A stretch of 55,661 nt of DNA, the filler included, from Sphacelaria rigidula (taxonomy: Eukaryota): NCBI GenBank assembly GCA_964200075.2. It is 6 parts of 6 records of this genome, joined end to end, with 100 filler letters (N's around TTAATTAATTAA, not from the genome) between each part and the next. Parts side by side here need not be neighbours in the genome. Positions count along the whole stretch, not along the records: positions 27,883 to 37,075 come from CAXNAA020009080.1; positions 37,176 to 46,368 come from CAXNAA020009081.1; positions 46,469 to 55,661 come from CAXNAA020009082.1; 3 more parts are not named here. The stretch is one strand, 5' to 3'. A model generated the notes under the pieces. The model had not been told where the DNA came from. It made no database searches and worked only from the letters and a program-made list of their open reading frames with translations. The translations under genes and the position numbers were made by a program. Positions 36,101 through 48,289 of the stretch are shown here, one piece after another (the stretch's first letter is position 1; each line of letters opens with the position of its first letter).

Positions 36101-36739
36101 CTGATGGTATTGATATTGGCGAACACAGCGTCGGCGCAAGAGCGACAAAAGAAGCCAATGAGGCCAGTGAGTGGATCAAGGGTAGCGGCGTCTTCCCGTA
36201 CACCTGACAGCAGCTACGCGATCACAAAAGACACGAGGCCGGAGCAAAGTAGTTAACTCATCGTATCCCATCTGCGCAAAATATTGCTTCAACGCTCGTG
36301 ACCACTGGTGGATTCCTGGCGGATCAGATACAATTGAGATACTCCAATGAATGAAAACGGAGAACTGGCGATCACCATTCAAGAATACAACGCGAGAAAT
36401 ACCCCCCCAAATAATGGTTATTCGAAAAACATCCTCGACAGAGACACCCCGTAGTACAGCAAACTAAACTGCTGCTACCCATAGCGGTGCCTCGCTATGC
36501 ACAGCTCCGAGTCGAGCGTCCTGGACGAACCGCAGCGAGAAAAGAAAATGCCGGCATGCTCAATTATTGTCCATGACACCAGGGGAACGCACAAGCTTCA
36601 TCGTGCTCGCGGGCACACGTAGGGTATGACTACCCCGCTTGGGTATGCTTACTTAGCCTCTGCACGGCATAGATTTCGCCACGACATGTTCGAAGGGGGA
36701 AATCGACGTACATGTATAGGCTTGTACCTATCGATTCAT

Positions 36740-37045
36740 TGATTGATTGTCGCACTTGAACTGACCCCCCAGGGGTCCAGCCGTGATCTCATGATAGACG
36801 TACCCAAGAAAAACGAAATTCAAACACGCTCTAAGGAAGAAAAAATAAGGAACAAAAAAGAAGAGAAAAGAAAGAGGGGTTGAACAGAACGTCACAGCAG
36901 ACTAAGTCGTGACAAGAAAAAAAGTAATAAAAATTTTACACAAGCAAAGCACAGAAAGAAATGGCCGACCTAAAGCAAGAAAAAGGAAAACAAGAGGAAA
37001 GTACGAAGCAAATACAAGAAGTACAATGAAACGATGGGAAAAACA
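36740..37045 (-). repeat. Interspersed repeat with an (ATCA)n tail, probably a LINE/SINE 3' end
   Basis: GATTGATTGTCGCACTT..CTGACCCC..GGGGTCCAGCCGTG..ATGATAGACGT.CCCAAGA plus an A-rich flank is shared with 55045-55330. Core-only copies lie at 11920-12003 and 44025-44100, and a partial copy at 25945-26000. Confidence 0.75.
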
Positions 37046-37075
37046 TATGTATATATATATATATATACGAGCAAT

Positions 37076-37175
37076 NNNNNNNNNNNNNNNNNNNNNNNNN
37101 NNNNNNNNNNNNNNNNNNNTTAATTAATTAANNNNNNNNNNNNNNNNNNNNNNNNNNNNNNNNNNNNNNNNNNNN
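37076..37175. other. Artificial 100-nt contig linker
   Basis: Identical N44-TTAATTAATTAA-N44. Confidence 0.97.
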
Positions 37176-37266
37176 GCGAGAAAAAATCCCAGATCCCTCC
37201 GAGATTTGAACCCACGACCCAACCGTCATAAGGTTTCGAGGTTACCAACTGAGCCGCCGGGGCGAC
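37176..37266 (-). mobile_element. tRNA-derived SINE head, cut by the contig edge
   Basis: Minus strand GTCGCCCCGGCGGCTCAGTTGGTAACC...GTGGGTTCAAATCTCGG...GATCTGGGATTT aligns by eye with the head at 7695-7792. Confidence 0.7.
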
Positions 37267-37776
37267 ATACCGTGGGCGAAGTCATTTGGAATTGACGGTA
37301 TCAGTTGTACCACCAAAAGTTTGACGGCAAAAAGCAAATTCGTGGTGCCGCAAGGGAGCAGATGAGGGGCTGAAGGGGTGTATTCATGATATCGCATGCC
37401 GTAGTCATGAGACCTTTGACCTCGCATCCCTACGAAGTCGGGATGGAGCACGCCGGGCAATACCGCCGGACCAGGTTCGCAGTCACTACGCACGAAGCGC
37501 CGTCATGTGCTGAGGGGTTGAGGGGTTGGATATGAAGGAGGAGTGCTTGAGGGTTCGAGCTTTTTCTTGGTTTCCTGCCTCAAAAGTGCGGAAGTGAAGT
37601 GACAGTTTGGGACGAGTTACCGCCGATAGGCGTGGGGACGGCAGCCTCGTGGATCACAGTTCTGAGCGCACTACTATAGGACACGGCTGCTGCATGTTCC
37701 TTCGCACTGACCACGTGCTATGCATTCCTGTCCTGTCTTTTTTCGCTCGCTGCTTTTTTCTTTTCTGAGTCCACAG

Positions 37777-40700
37777 GGCTCCCTGCTTGCCTTCACTTTT
37801 CTGCACACGCTCACGCTCGGAAACAATCGCCTCGACGACCTACAGGTGGGTGGGTCGAGGGTAGTAGGTGGACAGGCGAAAGTGTCAATACATACGCCGG
37901 ACTGTCCTTGGTGCATATACCGTGGTGAACCACGGCGTTTGGATTATATCTGCGATACCGCGAAAGATTACAAGACCGAGGACCTATTATTACCCGCGGT
38001 ACCGCGCTAGGTCGTATTTCCCATTGGTCGTTCAGGCCGACCCATCAATCTCTCGTGGTTCCGCACACGGTACCGTACCGTACATCACTCGGACCGGACC
38101 GGACCGGACCGGAACGGACCGTGCCATTATGCGCCGGTACTATACCGTGCAAAAACTGCTAGATGCATGTATCATATACCGCGCAAAGAAGTACACGGCA
38201 TAGAACCACACGATTTTCCGAAGTCAACGATCTTGTAGCTGGACGACAAGCATGGAGCTAAGAAAAAAACGTGGAAATGGAATCACCCCACGCCCGCCCC
38301 CAAATAAACCAGAAACGCCTGTTTATTCTTCCAAACTTGCGTACATGTGTGTGTATATATATATACTTGAATATTTTTCCGGGCGTTTCTCACGGTATAG
38401 TCGACCGCGGGTGTAAGAAAATACAAAAAATGACGGTGGAAATAAAAAAGAACGGAGGAGTTCTTGGTTGGGAAAAAACTATTCAGCCACGAAAGAGTTG
38501 GCATTGACCGTATAGATGAAGGGCGAAGCCATTTCGTCGTGAACGCATGTCGCGTATATTCATTTGTCATCTGTTGCCATTGATCGTGTTCACCTTGTTG
38601 TGTTGTGTTGAACTCCAATGCCTCGGCCATGAAAAAAGAAGAATGGGCGTTGTGAGAAGTCGGTTACCCTGCAAGCGGTTTCTCGATTCATACGTCAAGT
38701 ATTGGTAGATGGTTCTCAATCCTTCTTGCAAGTCCTAACCTTGTGAACGGTCAGCCGTATTTCGGTTCTCTCCGTTTTACTTCATTATTTTTGTCGCCGT
38801 CCTTTCGTACTTGCGTATACTCGCGCATACTCGCGTGTGCTTGCGTAAACTTGCGTGTACTCGCGTATACTTGCGTGTGCTAGCGTAAACTTGCGTATAC
38901 TTGCGCATACTTGCGTATACTTGCGCATACTTGCGCATACTTGCGCATACTTGCGTATACTTGCGTATTTTCCGAATCTTCGTGGTTTCGTAGTTTCACA
39001 TTTACGACCACCGGAGGAGTTACTTACACTTTTTTTCCGTTCGACGTGGCCGATTGAGATTTATGTCCCACAGTCTGAAGTTTGCACACATTTTGTCTGC
39101 AATGGTTGATGTCATGTCTCATCTTTGGGAGTAACGTTTCTTGAAATTCCAACACAAAAGGCTAGATGTGTCGACTCGTTTTGTGTTCTTTCATGTCGTT
39201 TCATCCCCCCTGATCCACAGAGAGGAATACAGAGCACGGGATGATGAGTTGGGAAAACAATCATTTTTTAGCAGCGAACTTGGACATGTATGCGCTACGC
39301 AATAGCGGAGGCCGTCCACATTTTAAGATGGCGGCACAGTAAATCAGTGCTCGTGTAGTTGAGTTTTCTTACCATGGCTATCGAAGCCTAGGGCCGTCCT
39401 GGAAATCGTTTGCACTGTGGAAGTTCATGAAGCCTTGCTTCAGTTTCACGTATATTTTTGTAGCAGCCCCGACTACCCGCTCGCCCGCCCGTTCATATGG
39501 AACTCTTGGTGCAGTGTCGGTCACCCTGGTCACTGCGTTGATCCGTTATCTTGAAGCTCTCGCACAGGTTTCTCGTGCTCCCCGTTTACCTTAAGTTCCA
39601 ACGCCAGAGTAAAGTTTGACAAGTTCGACAGTCGACTTGGAATAAATCCATAGTCAGTCTGATATGCTGCGAGGTTCAGACGTCGCTGGTTCTCGGTGTG
39701 CAACTTCCTCCTAGCTTTTGAGCAACTTCTACGTGCAGTTGTTTGCGTAGCACGCACTATTTTGACAGCGGTGAGTGGGGGCATGTCAACACTCCAATTG
39801 CCTCATGTAAGAAATAAATCTCCATGTGCTTGAAAAAACAGGTAGCTCCGCATAGCGGTGATGCTAGCGTTCAGGTACAAGGTTGGCTGCCTGGCTTATC
39901 TCAGTCGAGCACCATTTGGCGGTGCTGTCGAAGTGTTGTCAATCTGATTTCACAGGGTGCGTAAATGTTTCGCATATTTCTCAATGCTGCATCACATGTA
40001 TCCAAGCATATGCCTTGTATCATATGCTGCATATTTGACTATTGAACGTGAAACCTCCACACTCGTTAATTACAATCCACGGCGCCGCGATGATCACGAC
40101 CTCTTTGAGTCTGACAGGGGAGCTTAGGGATACTCCGACTACTGCGCCACCTGCGGTACCTGGAGCTTGCCGGAAACCCGCTGGCCGAAGAAACGGGGTA
40201 CCGTCTTCTGGTCATCAAGAACGTACCGTGGCTCGAAACGCTCGACATGCACAAGGTCCGTTGACCCTATGAATAAGCGCAAGAGTAAATATAGATATAT
40301 TTATTATCAGCCCTTTCATGCCAACGCCAATTTCATTGGCTTGTGGGACATTTATTTCCTCGATGTACATCATATACGAATAATGAATGCTTCTCCAATA
40401 ACAACAACAACAACAACACGTCTATCGCTTCCTGTTCGCTAACGAGTTGAGTACAGTGGGCTGGAAGCGGTAAGGAGCGCTCGAAGTTGGGGAGGAGGAG
40501 GAGGGTTGAAGGTATGAGGCCGGATGGTCGTCGTTGGCAGGTCACAGAGGGGAGTAGAGGATCCGGGGCCTTGAACGATGGCGCTCGACTGTTTCACTAG
40601 CTAGCTTGTCGCGGGGGGAAACCCACCACGTGATGTCATCCATGTCCAAAAGTCTTCCGCTTCAAAGGGTCCTGGGTGTCGTCAGACGCCGACCGAGAGA

Positions 40701-41488
40701 CATCGACCAATCACATATCCCGAGCTTTTTAAACGGCAAATCAGATAGCTGCGTACCACTTTTCTTTTTACTCTATCACGGCAGTATCGGGGCCAGCGGT
40801 AGACACCGCACAAATGCGGATCTTTGCTTCAAGTGATGGTCGTTGTGTGGCTTGCGGTCGTTCTCCCCACGGCCGTCGTCGTTTCATATTGTAGCACACA
40901 AAAGTCGACCGTGGTCTTTTCTCGATGCGATCGGAGCCCCTCGTACCTTGCTGTGGTCTGACGGGCGTGGAACGACCCGTGCGTGACATAGGCGACTGAC
41001 GAGCACGTTATAAAGGGAAGCAATAGCCAACCACAAAAACGCGATGTCACAGATAACGGAGGACGAGAGACAAGCCGCTCGGCGTGCTCGGACCCCCAAG
41101 AGCTGGGCGGCTACGAGTCAAGGGCGCTCCGCGGATATTGTAGGGTTAACTCAGGACCTCGCGGCGAAAGAAGTGAGCTGCCGACGGGGTAGTGGTTTGG
41201 CACAATACTGTAGATGACATCCCGTTTGCGGGGAATCCAGTGTATGGTATGTGGTGAGTGATGCTGCGACAGCCCCCCTCCCCCCCCCCTCCAAGAAAAG
41301 TGGCTAGTTTGAGGAGGTGACATCTACATGTGAATCAAAATGACAAGAGCCGAGCACAGCGAGCAGCTTGGAGCTCCCACGCTTGAGATCGTTTTCGCCA
41401 ATGTCGCCGCCCATCTGAGGGGCTTCATAAATTCTGAAACCAGTTATCATGCGCTGTATGGTAATGATAGTTTCGGGGCTGGTTTGTA

Positions 41489-41519
<31 letters not shown>

Positions 41520-44500
41520 CGGGCCCCCGCGTGTGGGGGGAAGGAGGAAAAAAANNNNNNNNNNGGTGGGGGGGGGGGGGGGGAGGGTATCGCGGCACCA
41601 CTCTGGTGCTATAGGACAGAGAAAACCCATCTGAATGTCATTTATTTGGTTGATGTAGCCCTAACACTATTTTTTTCAGGGAGCTTTCAGTAAGCACTGC
41701 GGCATAGTCTATGCGGTTTTACATTGTGTGTGGCCGTGCTCTACTAGTAAGCGTGTTTCCCCCCGCAAATCAGCTATCGGTGTGTACGGGTGTTTTACAT
41801 GTATCTCTCCATAGCTTTCGAGGGTTCATTGGGCCGACACAACTCCTGGCAAGGTATTTTTTCCCGCTCTTCAATATCTCAACCGTCGAAACAGTGACGG
41901 TTTTCAGCGAACCAGTGTTCGTGAAGTATTTGAGAAAGTGAAACTTATTTAGCGGAAATGTACGCGGGGTGATCACATTGGACCGCAAAACAAACCAACC
42001 CTGTTGTTCTTCACTACTCTACCAGCGCAGCCATGACGTCCGTTCCACGCCGTGCCGCTTGGTGAGATTGCGACAACATACTATACACATCGATCGTTGG
42101 GCTAGCCCAACCACGGCTTTTGCTGTGTGATAATGACAAACAAGTCTGCGTGTGAAGACGAGATTGTCGCATGTGTTAGCGTGTGTTGCCTTGGAACCTC
42201 CGCCAGACCAGGACCGAGTCCCGAAAAACTCGGAGACGCAGCAGCATTCTCGTGCCCCTCCCGGTGACTCACCCTAGTGCAAGACGGGCTGAAGCTATGC
42301 TGCAAAAGGTGGGGGGGGGGTAGGACTGTTTTGCGGCACCACGGTTTGTTTTCTCCTCAGTGTACTCCCTTCGTTTTATCTCAATGTTTATCCTTTTATT
42401 TTGATTTAGGAAGCGTTCTCGTTTTTGTTGTCCTGGGCACGTGTATCTTGTGGATAATGACCACGGCTGGATCATGACTGCCTGGGAGATCAGTTAATAT
42501 GCCACAACCATTGTATATTTTTTCAGACACTATGGCAAACAGGGCCGTGTGGGCTCAATACTGTAGCGGGGAAATCCCATGTCATTGCCGTCAAATCTCT
42601 GGAAAGATTTTCGGTAAATGTTTGAGTTTTTTTTTTCGTACACGTACTGTTGCTGAATCGATCGGAGTCGAAACTTTTTTTGTACTGTAGACGTTCGTGT
42701 TTCGTGACGTTTTGATTGTCGATTTCGGATTTGAGTCTTGCAACGGTTGGGAGTCAAAGGCAGTGCGTGCACAGCTTGGACGTATGGTATGTCCTGCGGG
42801 CGACAGACATTAAATATACCTCATGGAACAGTACAGATTACTTTTGCCAGGGTCCGTCTCGGGGCGTGAAGTCCTCAACGCATCGCGAAATGTTGGCGTC
42901 GTAGACGGTGACGCCGGGGGTACAGCTCCTTGTTGAGTCTTCGCCTATCAGGGATATGTCTCTATCCCGCCGTTGAAAGACAGCCCACAGGGAGAACAGC
43001 AGACGATAAACAAGATTCAAGAAACCATCTGAATATGTATCCGGCTTTTCTTCGTTTAGGCCGCTCCTTATAGCAGAAAAAAATAAACATCTGGAAAAGT
43101 GCCTTTTTGAAGCTTCTACGTCGTTTCACGCCCTAAAAGAGAGCTAGGTGAAGTTTGACATCTTGGAATGCCTTGCTCTACTAGTTGAGGCGGGTCCAGG
43201 ACATCTTCTCGTTCTCCGGTGGCTGCAGTTTTTATTTTGGCTACACAAGAATTTTCGTTCAAGAACGGTCAAGTCCAGAAAAAAACGGCGTTTTGTTCTA
43301 GATTTGACTGTTTTTGACCGTTGTTGGACGAAATTCTTGTTTGACCAAAGTAAAAACTGCGGCCACCGGAGAACGGGAAGATGTCCTGGACCCGCCTCAA
43401 CTAGTAGAGCAAGCCATTCCAAGATGTCAAACTTCGCCTAGCTCTCTTTTAGGGCGTGAAACGACGTAGAAGCTCCCAAAAGGCACTTTTCCGGATTTTT
43501 TTTTGTCTGTTATAAGGAGCTACCTTATGACTGAGAAAGAGTTTGATGTCTACCCCGATTTATGCAGTTCGCGTATCTCCCTGGTGTGTAGTACCTATCC
43601 ACTGCTCAAGACCCACAGTATGCTGACTGATTGTTTGATTGGTTGGTTGATTGTAATTCGCTACGAGCTCCCGGTCGTAATCAGTCACGAGGTAGAAAAG
43701 TTACAAACACTTGTCGAAGGAAAATCCGACGAAAGGGGACGAGGAACAAGAAAACAGAAGAGAAAATTAAAATAAAAAAAATGAACGTAGGCTCGAGGCA
43801 CCGCCTCTTCTCGTGGGTTGTTGTTGCAGCGGCGACGTACGAGGGGACACGTCTTCCAAGTGTCGGCGTGCTGTGCGAAGGGATTTCGGCGAGTACATGC
43901 AAAGGAGGATGATTCCAGCAAGAGTCTGGAGAATAAGGAAACATCGTTTTCGTAGCAAAATGTACATGGAGAGAAACGCATTAACTACCTCAGTTGGCGA
44001 CCAAGTGTCATTGCAGGGGTGTTCTCTTCTTGGGTGTGTCTATCGTGAGACCACGGCTGGACCCCTGGGGGGCCAGTTAAAGTGCGACAATCCAAATAAA
44101 AATAAAGATCTCAGGGCGAGTTCTACCGTCGCAGGCTCTGTTCTTATGCAAGATACGTATGTGCTGCCGACCGCGCTCCCAAAACTCGCGCAGGAGCTGT
44201 CCCGCATGAGAGCTGTCGTGAAGAAACGAAGAATTCTACTGAAGCACTGGTTCAGGGCCGAAGATTCAAGGAGAGAGGAGGCGGTTACCGAGGTACGGTG
44301 CCGGTTGGGACGGGGAAATTCCGAGATAACTTCAAGCAGGCCCAAGAAACGTTTTCGGGTACCCGTTCGGGCGAACCAAGTCAGTCGCGATTGCGTCCTC
44401 GAAGTCCATCGATGACGATGGCAGTCCCTCTCCCGTGGCATCAGCGGCGTACCGTACATGCAACTCGACGCCTCACATGCAGTACTTGGCGAACAACAAT

Positions 44501-46214
44501 TTATGCACTTCTGCTTTGAAACCGCCGTTGACTGCCACGCAGAGATACCCTACCTACCCACAGACTTCGTCACTGCTCCCTAAGTTTCCCCACCACGTAC
44601 GGTTCATTTTTTTTTGTTCTTTTCCGAGATTCCGTTATTACTCTCTTTGGCTGAGCAGGTGTCAATTTCGGTGTATGTCTGGCCACCGCGGAGGAATTTT
44701 CTCCCGGATCGATTTTCACCGACCAAATGCTCCTGGACTAAACAGATATCTGAAATGGCTCACGGTCGAAATACAACTCAGCCAAGACAACTATCCTCAG
44801 TCAAATATCCCCATCGCCCCACAATGCCCGCGCCTACTACCCTTATCCCTCGCTCTTGGATATTGCTTGCAGGGTATGTTTACGTTGTGTTTGAATTTAC
44901 ACGGGTTGTGGCCGAAGGCAGACTCGGCCGACCCCAATGACGACTCGGGGTACGGGGTGCAACCAGGAGAGGACGAGAGGTCTTGTCGATCCTCAGCTGC
45001 TTTGGGGGAGGAGGGAGTACTTCGCGGGATGATACTGGAAGCATTTCGCACCGCAACTCCGCCGAGGGCTCCGTTCTTAGGGAGAGATCCGCCATATCTT
45101 CGGCAGCGGCAAGTTGGGGACTGGAGGCGCATCGCTTCCAGAGATGCGCGCGTGTAGCGAGCGTTCAGAACTATGATACAAAAACTGCGGAATGGAAAGA
45201 GTCAACCACTCTCCTTACGCCTTTTAACCGTATCACAAAAGGTGTACTGCAAGATCTGGGGGGGGGATTTCCAAACGATTGCTCAAGTCACTCAACACCG
45301 GAGTGCCAATGTTGCCGATCCTACTATCCCGTCTTGTGTTTTTCTCGGATAAGCAGCGTAGAAACCGAGCTGTCCGTATCCTCATTGTAGCACGAGTAAG
45401 CCCAGATAGGATCCAAACTTTAGACGACAATCGCGCAGATAAAAAGACGCTCAGAAACGAGTGCTCGCCCCCCCCTCCCCCCTCCCCCCAACCATGACGG
45501 TGGTTGTGCTTCATCATATTGTGCGAGGTGGAGAACCTGAACTACGCGCAAAGGACATGATCGCACTACGAAGTGGTTAAATGGCGAGACGCCCATGAGG
45601 CAGTGTGTAACATTTGGCCGTCTCTGGAAGTGGCAATACCAGAAAATGAAACAGCTCATTCGAGGCTGTCATCCAAATGCAAGATAATCGATCCGGTTCA
45701 AATCGAGAAATCTTAGCAGGATCAGCTCACCCTTCATGCGACACGCCGAACACATCGCGGCGCCTCGCGCTTGGTGATCGATTGCGAGCCTGGTCCGGCG
45801 ATTGCCCGGCGTGCTCCGTCCCGGCTTTGAAGGGATGCGAGGTCAATAGTCTTGTAACTACGGCATGCAAGATGATGCGTGCCCCCCCCCCCCCCTGTTC
45901 CGTCTTGAAAGGGGTGCGTGGTCAATGGTCAAGCGATTGAGGCAAGCAACGTGTGAGTACGCACCACGCACCACCCCCAACCCCCCTCCCGGTCGCAAAA
46001 CGCTAGGTTCGTGGATTACGTCAAGTTCTGTGCAGCAGTGGAGCCAAAGTGCGGTGGTCGGGACGTAGACAACCAAGCGAGGGAGTTGGACAAAGCGTGG
46101 CGGGAAAAGCGTCCGCCGAGGGGGTTCGGCGGTGGCGGCACCACCTCCCTTGCTGCTGGTGGAGCGGCTGAGCAAGTTGGGCTTTATTGCGACATGATGC
46201 AGGAAGCTGAAGAG
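37777..46214 (+). CDS. LRRC72-like LRR/LRRcap protein with C-terminal EF-hand-like segments; internal exons, both ends missing
   Basis: Exons 37777-37845 (GSLLAFTFLHTLTLGNNRLDDLQ), 40118-40255 (GSLGILRLLRHLRYLELAGNPLAEETGYRLLVIKNVPWLETLDMHK) and 41053-41172 (ITEDERQAARR..) join in phase 0 into LRR + LRRcap. Later exons: ~44115/44135-44292 (..KHWFRAEDSRREEAVTE), 44873-45108 (GMFTLCLNLHGLWP..), 46007-46214 (FVDYVKFCAAVE..). The link between 41172 and ~44115 is unresolved. Confidence 0.65.
38806..38968 (+). repeat. 10-bp minisatellite (ACTTGCGYAT), about 16 copies, intronic
   Basis: Direct reading: TACTTGCGTATACTCGCGCATACTCGCGTGTGCTTGCGTAAACTTGCG..TACTTGCGCATACTTGCGTAT. Confidence 0.9.
43059..43524. 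mobile_element. PIF/Harbinger (Tourist)-like foldback MITE, 466 bp
   Basis: Inverted arms of over 200 bp each, ends GGCCGCTCCTTATA / TATAAGGAGCTACC, flanked by TTA at 43056-43058 and 43525-43527. Confidence 0.85.
45490..45965 (-). repeat. Interspersed GC-rich repeat family (core GACCTCGCATCCC..GCACGCCGGG..CGCCGGACCAGG), long copy
   Basis: Reverse complement aligns by eye over ~400 bp with 51060-51455. Shorter copies at ~18595-18670, 37375-37510, 46325-46368, 49960-50055, 51560-51620 and 52235-52335. Confidence 0.75.
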
Positions 46215-46368
46215 GTGTGCTGCATGTAAATCTGTACTCAGGCGCAAACCACTGGTAATCGCTACGCCACGCGTCATGTCTTTGTTATTTCCTTTTTTTT
46301 TTATAGTTGTAATGCCTCCCCTTCCTCAAGTCCGGCGAGAACCCGGCGTGCTCCGTCCCGGCTTTGTA

Positions 46369-46468
46369 NNNNNNNNNNNNNNNNNNNNNNNNNNNNNNNN
46401 NNNNNNNNNNNNTTAATTAATTAANNNNNNNNNNNNNNNNNNNNNNNNNNNNNNNNNNNNNNNNNNNN
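46369..46468. other. Artificial 100-nt contig linker
   Basis: Identical N44-TTAATTAATTAA-N44. Confidence 0.97.
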
Positions 46469-47309
46469 CTGTTCCGGGTTGGACTGGGGGGTGCACAAAA
46501 GAAAAAGGGAGGTGGGGGCGGGGGGGGGGGGGGGGGGCAAGCACTTTCAGGTCACTTCCTTAGTCAAAACCACAGGCGCTACTGTTGGCCGACTGTGCCC
46601 TGAAATCAATCGAACGAATATGCGGGTAGGTACTGTATTCACAACAGCATAGCATACCATTACCCATGTGTTACATGGCACCCCATAATCACGCTCCGAA
46701 TTTTGCCTGCATTCAGGTTGGCATCGGCGTTTTTCTCGTGGTTGATCTTGAAATAGGTCCTTCCCACTATACCCCATGGTAACTTACGTAGAACAGTAGC
46801 ACGGACGATTTTGCTTGCCCGCATGTCTCTGCCCGTCCACTCGTTTCTTTTGTTTTTCTTCTGCTCGTGCTGACGTGGCAAAAAAAGGCACCAAACGTAG
46901 CCTAGACCGAACATTGATAGCCGGAGGTGATGCACGAGCGGTATCATTCGGAACGTGCATGTATACGTGAAAATTTTACGTGCCCCGTTCGTCCTCATGC
47001 AGGTTCTGTGAAAATAGAGAACCGTACTGGGGGAACCGAAGCAAAAATATATAAAGGTGTGCAAAATTTGCCAAGTTAGCCAGTGCAAGTTGTTTTCTTC
47101 ATTGGTTTTTTACTGGTGGTACGGTTCATGACGCCTCTCTCTTTTGTCGTTGTTTTATTTTTTATTTTTAACGAACTTTTTTTTTCGGAATCTCAGAAGA
47201 AGCCGCTCAATAAACCCTTCTTTCTCATGTAAGGAATAATAATGGTGGTACTGAAACGATGAGTCTGCGTTTGCGACCACGAGTTCGAGAGATCGGGCGA
47301 GTGTGCGAA

Positions 47310-47825
47310 AATAATAGCAATAATATGACGGCGATGATGATAAAAATAAAAGTGATAAATGATAACAACAATAATGAAAATAGTTATCATAATAATGACG
47401 ACATCATGATAATAACAGTATCACGATAGAAGAAAATTAAGCATAAACTAAGTAACAATCATCGGTAAATTAATAATAAATAGTAACAGTAACAATAACA
47501 ATAACGATGATGATAGTAGTAGTGATAGTAGCAATGCCAATGATAATAATGATACTAGTGGTGATGGTAACTGTGAGAATAATGATAATGATACTAGTGG
47601 TGATGGTAACTGTGAGAATAATGATAACAGTAATATAGATGATAGTAGTAATAATATATAGGTGACAATGATTAATCGTATTAGAACATAGTTACAGTAA
47701 CAATGACATTTATAATGATTTTAACAACAATAACAATAGCAACAATGATGATAACACAAACACTAATGATGAAAATGATGGCAATGATGATGGTAATGAG
47801 TAGTGATGACGGTAATAGTAGTAGC
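47310..47825 (+). repeat. AT-rich cryptic trinucleotide (AAT/GAT/AAC/AGT) low-complexity tract
   Basis: Continuous degenerate trinucleotide sequence with an exact ~39-bp tandem duplication (AATGATACTAGTGGTGATGGTAACTGTGAGAATAATGAT) at ~47548-47625. Confidence 0.85.
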
Positions 47826-48250
47826 GTGATGTCTCGTTACGACTCATTCATAAGTGAAGGACCGTAACTACACGTGACCCCACCTAATCTCGTCTCATTA
47901 TCCCGCATTGCACATCACCCTAAGTTCATACACAGGTAGTGACAAACAGTATGTGCGCACAACAGCGGTGACCCAGGTTGTAGAAACACACGCCCTAGGG
48001 TTTCCGCAAGTTTACGAAAAACTCGCAAAACACACGTAAAAAAGAATCAGGAACTCGACGAATACGCGATTTAAATCGCGCGTGGGACAACGTTGTACCA
48101 GGGTCACCCGCCGTAACGGACGCGCGGTCACACCTTCATCTATAACCTCGGGACCGCCCGGAGATGTGCGGAAGAACAACATGTGAGATAGCGCCTATCA
48201 ACTAGCCACCCGTGTTGCTCTTGTCTGTTGTGTCACCGTCGCACACTGCG

Positions 48251-48286
<36 letters not shown>

Positions 48287-48289
48287 AAG

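Noticed and set aside
43144-43441. Paired ORFs on opposite strands with near-identical peptides
   Set aside because: An artefact of the foldback MITE. The same applies to the ORFs at 28054-28341 and 28238-28672.
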